Source: Enoplolaimus lenunculus (lineage: Eukaryota). Taken from it: a stretch of 64,000 nucleotides of DNA. Position 1 is the first letter of the stretch. The number at the start of each line of letters is the position of its first letter. Both the position numbers and the translations under genes were made by a program. Below are positions 53,999 to 63,758 of this stretch, piece by piece. The DNA lies in the NCBI GenBank assembly GCA_030248215.1, contig JASANG010001204.1, positions 310,001 to 374,000 of the forward strand. The letters run 5' to 3'. A model generated the notes under the pieces. That model saw only the letters and a list, made by a program, of their open reading frames with translations. It did not search any database and was not told the origin of the DNA.

Positions 53999-54240
53999 AA
54001 TGCATACAACTGGTGTCGCTGGGCCATCTGACCCAGACACCGATCCACGAGAGCTGGAACAGTTCGCCGAACACTTCAAGCAGCGTCGCATAAAACTTGG
54101 CGTCACACAGGCTGATGTTGGCAAAGCATTGGCGAACCTGAAATTGCCTGGAGTCGGTTCGTTGAGCCAGTCGACAATTTGTCGATTTGAGTCACTGACG
54201 CTGTCACATAACAATATGATTGCGCTAAAGCCTATATTGG
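53999..54240 (+). CDS. POU4: POU4 coding exon 4 (POU-specific domain)
   Basis: [68 protein letters not shown] is a class IV POU-specific domain. tttcag| and g|gtaaga, phases 2/1. Confidence 0.97.
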
Positions 54241-55356
54241 GTAAGAAAATGATTGCTGTCCAAAGTGGTCGCAAACAATACAAATCGGCCCCGTAGCCGG
54301 GGGGGAGGGCAGGGGGGTAGGTTTTCAAACTAACGAACTGCTGCAATTGCAGATTTCAAAATTTGCACTGAAGTAGCGAAAATCCAAAGCAATAAATGTG
54401 CTGAATTTCAAACCTCAACATTTCCGAGATTGAAAGTTACAATACCTATCACCAACTGGTAACCGGTGCTACTCACATTTGAAAATACGGGCTTAAAAGT
54501 CTCAAGCATATACTGCATTTAAGTTTCAACTGAGTGTATTGCTTTCGACCTAGCGCTAGCAGACAACGATTATAAAGTGCGTTTTGGAAATTACTTACTG
54601 TCCTCAAATGCATTACCAGGATAAGTTTAAAGCTACGCGAAATGTTGCTGACAATTTGTGGGGAAAATCAGGTGATAGTGCTTGAAACATATATCAAGAA
54701 CAAGTGAAAAGTTTTACGTTGTCAAGTGCAAAACATCTGTTTTCAGGTTTGAGCGGTAGTAGAGGGGGCGGGAGGAATACAGCCCTCCCTGGTGTAATTT
54801 TGGCCCACCCTAGAAAATTTTCACCCTTGCCCTTAAATCAACGAAGACGCTTGCATGCCCTTCCTCAAAATTTTTTTGCTCCATCCCTAGCAAGGTGAGC
54901 TGGCTACGGGCTTGGGTATGAGCAAATAAGTTCTCAAACGAAGCGCCTTGATTGCGATCAGACTAGTATAACTTTGTTTCGATAATAATCAGATAATTTC
55001 GTATTAACTTGCCAAATACACCGCCCATAGTTCAAGTAAATTTTTCTGCCACTTTCATTCTTTCGGCTTAAAATTACATTCTTATTAAGTTATTATTTCA
55101 GTCTTTTAAATAAGTTTAAAGTTTTTCCTACAAAAATTACCAAACATTAATGTATTTTAAAAATCAACGTTTACATAATTTCAGAATTCTGAAATTATGC
55201 AAATTGTGTTTGCGATTGTGGACGAGGGGTTACATCTTTATGAAATCAACCGTAAAAGTTAAAGCTCAAATTTGAGCTGTACACTTGCTGTTCATGGGCT
55301 TACTGAATGGAGCACACAACTATTAAATTGAAAATCGTTGAGTTATTAAAAAAAAC

Positions 55357-55567
55357 TGGCCCATGTAAAGATCATGGGCGGAACGTTTTTGTGTGGGCCT
55401 GCAATAGACTAATCTTAAGCTTTAGACTAAATTTTTTGCTTGGCGAAGGCTTATGCTTAGGCTTAGGAATATGCTCATTCTTACGCTTAGGCTTAGGCTT
55501 GGACTTCGGCTTAGACTTATAGAATATGCTGATAATACTGTTCTGCTCGTGTTCCTTACATTGGCCA
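55357..55567 (+). mobile_element. YGGCC/TTAGGC MITE 63 bp upstream of POU4 exon 5A
   Basis: Perfect 6-bp TSD aaaaac. Confidence 0.85.
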
Positions 55568-55630
55568 AAAAACCTTAACTACTATTTCACCGCTGTTACG
55601 ACGTATATCCTACGTCGCTACAATTTCTAG

Positions 55631-55926
55631 TTGCATGGCTTGAGGGCGCCGAATTGCGCCCGCGATGTTGTGCCGATAATATCGACTGCGGTGACGCGAA
55701 ACGTAAACGAACATCGATCCCAGCGGCTGAAAAGCGCAATTTAGAGACATTTTTTCGCGTTCAACATCGGCCATCGTCAGACAAAATTGCCGCAATTGCA
55801 GATCAACTGGAGTTGAAAAAATCCGTCGTTCGAGTTTGGTTTTGTAACCGACGACAAAAAGAAAAACGGCTCAAGAGTCAAAAAGCTGTGACGTACGGCG
55901 GTTGTGGCAGCTACGGATTGGGATAA
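55631..55926 (+). CDS. POU4: POU4 alternative terminal exon 5A (POUs tail + short linker + homeodomain A); predicted 516-aa isoform
   Basis: tttctag| phase 1 gives VAWLEGAE-LRPRCCADNIDCGD-AKRKRTSIPAAEKR...WFCNRRQKEKRLK...SYGLG*. Confidence 0.8.
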
Positions 55927-56281
55927 ATATCAACAACACTCGGTTGTCTAACGAAATGATTCTGGACGCTGTGATCAATACGCTGTAAAACTACATTCAA
56001 GCTACGGGATATGGCCGTGTAGAATATTGGAATCGCCCCAAATATACACCGTTTGACGACGAACGATAAATTGTGCCACAAATTGGGAATTGATCCACTC
56101 ACAGCTTTGATTTGTTTACTCCAAATCGCATACATTAAATGTCTACAACGCTGGTGTGATTTGTTTTTACTGTATACGTTGTCGGATTGTGGCAGCGGAA
56201 CACGGCCAGTTTCAACTAGCCACGGTCTATTGTTATTGAAAATATACTTTAATGCAAGATAACTTACTTTCAATGTGTCAA

Positions 56282-56287
56282 AATAAA
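56282..56287 (+). promoter_or_regulatory. Candidate poly(A) signal for the exon 5A isoform
   Basis: AATAAA downstream of the 5A stop, followed by a GT-rich tract. Confidence 0.45.
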
Positions 56288-56320
56288 TTTATGTAAATGT
56301 GTTTGTTGTTCTATTTGTAG

Positions 56321-56694
56321 AGTCGTGGCTAGTTGAAACTGAAGCCGCTGCGCGCAACCGTGCAATGAAAGCCGAACCGGGCATGAGCGGAAGCGCTGGC
56401 GGGTCGTGTGGTGCCGGCGGGCCAGGGTCACCAACTCCAGACGATCCACTCAACCGCAAACGGCGTCGCACGTCAATTCCGGCGGCTGAAAAACGAATGT
56501 TAGAGTCGTTTTTTCTCGCTCAACCTCGGCCATCAGGCGAACGTATCGCAGCGATCGCGGAGCGGCTTGAGCTGAAAAAAGGCGTTGTTCGCGTTTGGTT
56601 TTGTAATCAACGCCAAAAAGCGAAACGTCTCAAATTTGCACAGCATCATCATCATCATCATCATGCGACTTCGATGAGCGGATACGGACTGTGA
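56321..56694 (+). CDS. POU4: POU4 alternative terminal exon 5B (POUs tail + long linker + homeodomain B); predicted 542-aa isoform
   Basis: ctatttgtag| phase 1 gives ESWLVETE-37 aa-RKRRRTSIPAAEKR...WFCNQRQKAKRLK...GYGL*. Q52 is typical of class IV. Confidence 0.93.
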
Positions 56695-56844
56695 TATGCG
56701 AACAATCAAAAAAGTTCTCACAATTGTCACCGTTATAAATCTGCAGCAAAACACATTTTCATTACTAGAAAACGATTTTCATTCTCGTCGTCCAGCCGGA
56801 TCAATCGTTGTTGAGGGCAAACAAGCTTGCACGTCTTAATTTGA

Positions 56845-56921
56845 ACAAAAGTAAAATGACACCAATTTGCACATTATCATCGTCATGCGATATCGATGAA
56901 CGAATGCGAACTGTGATATGC
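56845..56921 (+). pseudogene. Decayed third copy of the POU4 terminal exon 3' end
   Basis: caaaagtaaaatgacaccaatttgcacattatcatcgtcatgcgatatcgatgaacgaatgcgaactgtgatatgc aligns with the end of exon 5B. In-frame TGA at 56857. Confidence 0.65.
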
Positions 56922-57254
56922 AAAAAATAGCTGCTCCGTCCCAAAAGTGACGTCACCAACTGTTACGAGACATGTATATGCAACTGCAAAAAAAAACTGC
57001 AAGATTAATTGAAGTAGTGGTTTGGTTATATGGACCAGTTATGTTAAACAACACTTGACTGTGGTTATGAATGCATGTGCTATACAAGCTCCAGGTGAGC
57101 AATTTAAATAAGCTTTGCTAATAGTTTACCCTTGAAAATGCAACATGTAGCTGTAAAATATCAAAAATCATTGCTGTGTTTACGCCCGTTCCGTATGCAA
57201 TTTATTTGCAAAAATGACAATTTAATGTTTACCGTTCAAATGTTATCGTGGATA

Positions 57255-57426
57255 AAGGCCCGTAGCCAGCTCACCTTGCTATTGGGGCGAAAAAATTTTC
57301 AAGAGGGGCATTCAAAGGTTTTTAATGACTTGCATGCAAAGTTGAAAATTTCCCAGGGGGGGCCGAATTTGTTCCAGGGTGGCTGAGCACCTCTTCCCCT
57401 GTTCCTCCATCCTAGCTACGGAACCG
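57255..57426. mobile_element. hAT-like MITE in the probable POU4 3' UTR
   Basis: aaggcccgtagcc ... gctacggaaccg with 8-bp TSD cgtggata/agtggata. Confidence 0.7.
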
Positions 57427-57659
57427 AGTGGATAATTTTTAAAATTATTTCAATTTTCAAGCTATAGTAGGGAACAAGATAGCTTCGAGTAAGTTTTGTA
57501 TATCGTACAAATTGCTAAATGCAAATTGCTAATTGTTGCACTGTGACACTCTAACTACGGCTGTGTTAAACATTGTGGCACGTAGGACGTTGATTGTGTG
57601 ACTAATTTAAAAATCGTGATCTCATTATTATAGTCTTGTATTTTTAATCTGCTCTTCGA

Positions 57660-57665
57660 AATAAA
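57660..57665 (+). promoter_or_regulatory. Candidate poly(A) signal for the exon 5B isoform
   Basis: AATAAA followed by T/GT-rich sequence. Confidence 0.4.
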
Positions 57666-58702
57666 TTTTGTGATTTTTCAAATGCTTGTTTATGTTTGCA
57701 GTTTATGCAGCTGTATATTCGCTGTAACATTTTGAATAGCAACATATTTCAACTTGTGGTAAAAAAACGTTGGTGTTATATGCTTGTCGTGCGGGTAGTG
57801 CGGTGACGTGCAGCGCTGGAAGTCAAAAACTTTTTATTCACAATTAATTTGCCCTTCCGGTCAGTACGGCAATTTTAGGACTGTTCCCGACTGTATCGGA
57901 AAGCATCGGAAGACATTATAATCATCAAATCACCTTAAACATTTACTTCATGTATATGACTGCAATGTATATGACTGCAAGCATTATCTGCGGAACATAC
58001 AACTATTTGTCTCTTACGTATAACTGCTTTTTTGCCTTTTTTGGATGCAACAGCAATTTCAAAACGTTCCGCTTCTGATTACGCAATTCAAACAGCGATT
58101 CTCAGCTTTAATTAACCAATTTTAACTTTTAAAAAATTTTAAAGTCACTAAGTTTAATTGCTGAAGTGTCCAGCATTTATGAGTTAAAATTTACGCAGTC
58201 AGTTAATATTGTACTGGTTAAATCAAGCTTGAACTTAAAACGGCATATACATGTAATTATTCAATTTAAATATTCGACAATGCAGAAATTGCTTCAATGA
58301 TGATAGTGGTGTATATATATAATTATGTCGCTCAGCCACGCGAAGAGATGAGCTATGCGAATAACGCAGTAAAATTGTACTTATAATAGCATTTTGCGTG
58401 TTTCTGCAACAATAGGAAGCCGAAATCCGCACGCAAAGTTCCGTTGCTGAGTCAGTCACACGATGTTGTGAACAGCGCTTGTGAGGAAGCTAACAAATAT
58501 AGCCTAGACTTTAGTAGGAAAATGATATGTCTGACTTGGGGTAATCATTTTCGACTATAAGTATGAATGACCAGGGACGTAGCCACAAGGGAAGAGGCTG
58601 TGGTCCCTCGAATCGTTGTGCCAAATTTAATATTTGCTAAACAACTAAGCGCAAGCTGAGACAAATAGACTTAAAACTAAAACAGTACGTAATTAAAAAT
58701 TT

Positions 58703-59068
58703 CGGCCCATGTACAGAACAGGGCCGGATCGTTTTCCGGAGGGGCTATAATAGAGTCAGTTTAAGCTTAAGACCATTTTTTGGCTTAGGCGGCCCATGTA
58801 TAGAACAGGGCCGGATCGTTCCCCGGCGGGGCTGTAGTAGAGTCAGATTAAAAGCTTTAGACTAATTTTTTTTTGCTTAGGTTTAGGCTTAGGCTTAAGG
58901 ATAGTCTCATCCATACGAATAGGCTTAGGCTTAGGCTTAAGCTTAGGAATATGCTTATACTACTGTTCCGGCCCTGTTCTATACATGGGCCGCTAGGCTT
59001 AGGCTTAGGCTTACGAATATGCTTATATATAGGTACTACAGTTCCGGCCCTGTTCCATACATGGGCCA
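58703..59068 (+). mobile_element. Nested YGGCC/TTAGGC MITEs (inner copy 58790-58992)
   Basis: Outer TSD aaattt is perfect. Inner complete copy sits in the ttaggc tract of the outer. Confidence 0.85.
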
Positions 59069-59297
59069 AAATTTCTATATACAAGATTGAGTTTTGCGCC
59101 GTGTACTAATGCTCTTTTTTGATATTAACTAAACAAAAAATGTAATTAGTAAATAATTTCCCTGTAACTAAACTTGAGAGTAATGACGATTTCGTTTAAA
59201 GCGGACAGCTTTTCATATTCATCGCCAGGCTGATTCAACGTCATATTCGATTATCGTAACCTCTTTCGGCAAAGTGAAATTCGTGTGAAGAATTTGC

Positions 59298-59479
59298 ATG
59301 CCCATGTATAGAACTGGGCCGGAGCAGTAGTATCAGCATATTCCTAAGCCTAAACCTAAGCATAAGCGTAAGGATGAGCCTATTCCTAAGCCTAAGCAAA
59401 AAAAATTAGTCTAAAGCTTAAACGGACCCTATTATAGCCCCTCCGGAAAACGATCCGGCCCTGTTCTATACATGGGCCA
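59298..59479 (-). mobile_element. YGGCC/TTAGGC MITE
   Basis: gcccatgtatagaactgggccgga ... tccggccctgttctatacatgggcca. Confidence 0.85.
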
Positions 59480-59866
59480 TTTTACTTTTATACAACCATT
59501 TGACAGATTTTGACTAGTCGCTTCCCGGTGGACTCGGGCTTTTGAGGGATTGGGATTATACCACAACGCAATTGCTATTATGGGCAGTTCGTTTTTCGCT
59601 CGATTTTGGGAAAGTGATTACTTGGGACGTTGGGATACTGTGCTAGGAAACTGAGAAATTTGCCATGCGCTTGTGATTTGGGGCATAATCGTTTTCGCTA
59701 AAATTGCAGAAGTAAACGGGTCGTAAGAATTAAACAGAAACGGATATTCCCGGATCTCTGGGCATCCTAAAATTATAAAAATAGCAGATGGTTCTTTTAG
59801 TTTCGATGAACTTTGTTCCACGAGTTTAAAGAAATATAACAGCGCAATTTAATTTATAAATGGGTA

Positions 59867-60150
59867 CTGTAGTGACCTGTATAAGAGGGGGGTAATATAA
59901 GAGGGGGTCCCATTTTGAATCCCAATCAATAGGAGAGTGTATCGCTAATAAGAGTCCGTAAATGGCTCCAGGACAAAATAATTTCAGTTTGAAACTTTAA
60001 AGCATACTTAAATTTTGAATATACATTGCTAGGTATAACACTGCATCATCGCTCAAGCTATTAACACAAGACAAAGACAAACAACGACAAACGAAGGGTG
60101 GAGAAGGGCGGGTTGAAAGAAAATAACAGTCCGTAACCGAATAAACAGGG
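59867..60150 (-). mobile_element. CTGTAGTGACC MITE, internally deleted/truncated
   Basis: TA|ctgtagtgacctgtataagagggg start, homologous body. Confidence 0.7.
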
Positions 60151-60161
60151 GCGTAAGTTAT

Positions 60162-60338
60162 TTGACCGGAACAATAGTTTAAGCATATTCTTAAGTCTAT
60201 AAGCGCCTTAGCCTAAGCGTATTGATGAGGTTATACCTAAGCCTAGCCTAAGCCTAAGCAAAAAATAGTCTAAAGCATGATCTTACTCAATTACAGTCCC
60301 ACATGCAAACGTTTCGGCCCTGTTCTATACATGAGGCT
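60162..60338 (-). mobile_element. YGGCC/TTAGGC MITE (truncated)
   Basis: cctaag repeats, ends ggccctgttctatacatg. Confidence 0.65.
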
Positions 60339-62327
60339 GGCTAAAGCATACCTAGTGTTAACTGCAATAAATAACTGGTAGCCTAAATGAAGTGAGGAAT
60401 ACTGTACAATACGATTCAATTTAATTGAATAAACATTCAAATTAAGCCTAAGCAAAAAAGTTTGTCTAAAGCTTAAACTTACTCACAGCCCCCCAAGAAA
60501 AAGCTGATATTTAACTTCCAGGAAGATTATAAAGATAGAAGATACTGGAGCCGGACAACCACTAGCGAGTTTACTCGAACACCGAAATACGAAATAGAGA
60601 GATCTTCTGCCGGAGGCAGTACTCCAAACATACGTTGATAGTAGCTAAACATCAGCGTACAACAGGAGTTCTGCCTCCGGCTCAGGCAGAAAATCGGCCT
60701 CCGGCTCCGGCAGAATTTTTGACGGAGGTTCCGGCAATTTTGGTTCCGCAGTAAAATTTTGTATAATTTTGCAAAATTTATCTGTTTTACGCGTTTCGTT
60801 TTACTTTTGTTACAATTTTCAGGAAAGAATTTCCGAAATTTCGCAAATAATTAGCGTAAAACCGAACAACTTTATAACATATTGCAGATATTGGCTCAAA
60901 TTAACTATTATATATTTTACTACCTAATTTCGCCTCACCTCCGACTCCGGCAAGTTTCGTTGACCTCCGGCTACGGTATTTTTCACCTCCGGTTGTACCC
61001 TGCTATGACCGTGCCTTGAATGCGTTTTCTTGCTAAATTTTATCTATGTCATAAGCTCCAGTTACAAATCGATTTAGGTTCGTGGCCACTGTGTAAACAG
61101 ATAAAAACAAGGGATCCGAACAAAATTTAAAAAACTTAAAGCGAAAACGAATGCGAAGCTATGTAGTTTCAAAGATCTTAAGTGTTTTCTGCGATGGCAC
61201 AAAAATGTATTAAAGAAGTGTTTCGATGAGCTTTGCCAATTTTGTTTCATATTGCACAATTGCAGAACATCGAAATGAAAAAAATTTGCTTGATGTATAA
61301 CAAATTTACATCATAAAACAACGGAACATCAAATACTTTTACAATGTAAACAAATTTTTGCCAAAAAGGAATTTAATCACCCTGTTCTGGCGGAAATTTT
61401 TTTCACTCCCTCTATTCAATGAAGATTTATCTGGGTTCCCGAGGTCACGTAAAGAAAACTATACTGCTAAAATGCTCATATACTCTCCAAGGAAACGGGT
61501 AAAATTTGCAATGGTAGATAACGTGAATGGTTTATCTTAAAACGTTTCTAATAGCTCAACGAAAGACACAAAGTATATTTACTTCAGCGACAAAATAAAA
61601 CAAACAGCAAAAAATTTAACCACCAATATAATTTATTATTTTAATAGCAATGTCTAATTATTAAATTATTAATATAGACGCTACTGCGTTTATATACTGA
61701 CACAACAAGACCAGAACACTTTCAATACGTTCGCACAGGTACAACAAAACGTACCCCAACGTGCTTTTGCTGTGACACAGCGCAGTTGCATTGTTAGTGT
61801 ACCATATTCATTGATATGCAGTAATTTCAATAAATTATAATATTTAATATATATTCTATAATTACGAATTTATGTTAATAACAGATTGTAATAAATTTAT
61901 TATAATATTGCGATAAGCAAAGAAGTAGTAATACACTGTGTTTCGGAAACGAAACGGATTCTACCTAAACTCCTACAATTAAAGCTAAACGGTCATACCT
62001 ATGGTTAAACTGAGAAACATCTCTGCGAACCGCAACGCAATGATACGCACCAAACAATCAATAAAATCCCGATGCCTCGACATTATCCAACACAACATAT
62101 ATATATATAATATATATACGCGCATGTTCTAAAGCACCAGTTACTTGAAATATATAATTAACCGTAAAACCTTTATAGAGTTTACAATGTTAATGCATCG
62201 GGAATGCAGAAAATCACAATTATAGTATAACCAAAATGCAATATATATCATTCATAAAAATTATCACTAAACGCTTTCAGTCAGATAGTTACCAATTTTA
62301 CAATACGAGCTGCTCACACTCTAGGCG

Positions 62328-62369
62328 TTACTTCTGGAAAAATGCTTCTGCCGGGATCGCCCTAGAAGC
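62328..62369 (-). CDS. NXF1: NXF1/TAP last coding exon
   Basis: tttcag|ASRAIPAEAFFQK* resembles the NXF1 C-terminus (IPEVAF). Confidence 0.85.
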   Translation of the reverse strand, partial: ASRAIPAEAFFQK

Positions 62370-62749
62370 CTGAAATACATAGTGTTCTCATGTTTAAATA
62401 CAATACCAACATACAATGCATAAATTAGTATATTGCTATAAAAGAAAACACTATGAATGCAAATGTTGAGCTCTGTTGACCATCTTTGATGGGACAGCAT
62501 TCGAAATTATATGCCATTAATCTGCTACCTGCAATCATATATCAGCGCTTTTAGTCGCTACTTTCCTCGAAGCAACGAATGTATTGATCACATTTTCAAA
62601 ATAAAAACAGATTATACATGTACACAAAAAAATCGCAAAAACTGCTAGAAAATTGTTAACACAAATTGCCGCTGTTGTAGTGGTTGAAACAAATTGTAGC
62701 ACCTGATTGGTTAGTTGGAAATTGCGCATGTTTAAAACTAAAAGCTAAC

Positions 62750-62810
62750 CTTCAGTTGTTCAAAAACTTTTGCGGACTCCTGAAAGTTCCATTCATTTTC
62801 AGCCAGGCAT
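62750..62810 (-). CDS. NXF1: NXF1/TAP exon, TAP-C (UBA-like) domain
   Basis: ttttcag|(K)CLAENEWNFQESAKVFEQLK|gttagc, 61 nt, phases 2/0. Confidence 0.9.
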
Positions 62811-63115
62811 CTGAAAACACAAGAAAATCTTTAAACAAACAATTCATCTTATCAGATGTTATTTTTACCAAAAAATGGGCTGCACTGGTTCGTAAAAACG
62901 CACTCTATTACAGCCAAACCGCACATTTCAACCATTTTGAATTATTTTAACACTAAAATTTGCCGTTAGTGTGGTACTTAAGTCCAAATAACCTTTTCAG
63001 TACTACAGGCCCAAACTACATCAGTTCATTTACAAACAGATCTTAACCAAATAATTTCACAAAATACAACAATGGCACCAACCAGTTTCACAAACCGCGT
63101 CCACTGCGAGCTTAC

Positions 63116-63456
63116 TTTTCAGCCCACTCGCGTTTCATTCCGCTTAGTTCCATAAACTTTCCAATCATCGTATCCTGCGACATCACACCCCCTGTATTCA
63201 CAGCTACTAATGCTGGATTTGTATTAACAGCGCCACCGGACGTCTCTGGCTGCGCAGGTGCCATTTCGTCGGGTAACGGCGTATCTAGGGCTGCTGACGG
63301 TACGCTCATGGCAGCGTCACCACTATGTTGCGCGACGAATTGTTGCTGCTGGAGCTGTTGTGTTGCCACTGGATGAAGCACTGGTTGTGGTTGTTGTGGT
63401 GGTAATGTGGCAACTGTTGCCGATTTGTTGGCCTTTTCAATTAGTGCCATATACGC
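63116..63456 (-). CDS. NXF1: NXF1/TAP exon, long linker plus start of TAP-C domain
   Basis: ttcag|AYMALIEK...QDTMIGKFMELSGMKREWAEK|gtaag. MxxxFxxxSGMxxEWxxK is the TAP-C motif. Confidence 0.88.
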
Positions 63457-63700
63457 CTGAACGAAAAAATTCAAATTAAAGTAAACAGCCTGCGTTGTTT
63501 GTGCGAGACCATTCTTTCCACAAACCTAAAGCAGGACAAAATCTTAAAGTTTTGCATTCCTAACAAAATTGAATTCTGTAAGAAACCTGTATCTTGGCAC
63601 CGGTATACTAAATAATCTGGTTCAAATATTATCAGGTCAAAACATTTAAAAGTCGATATCGCATAATCTTATAAAGTGTACATCAGCGGCAACATCTTAC

Positions 63701-63758
63701 TTTCATGTGTGCCTCAGACACTACAGAAATAAATAATTGCTCGTTGATAACGGCGACC
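63701..63758 (-). CDS. NXF1: NXF1/TAP exon, end of NTF2-like domain (gene continues beyond window)
   Basis: tttcag|g VAVINEQLFISVVSEAHMK|gtaaga resembles NXF1 LCIVNDELFV. Phase fits the next exon. Confidence 0.8.

Noticed and set aside
55654..55926. Stand-alone homeobox gene or second complete POU4 paralogue
   Set aside because: No true ATG (the track start is TTG) and no own POU-specific exon. The frame starts at an AG acceptor matching the phase of exon 4.
58857..59109. ORFs with LSLSLS / LRLRLR / LGLGLG runs here and elsewhere
   Set aside because: Translations of TTAGGC arrays in MITEs.
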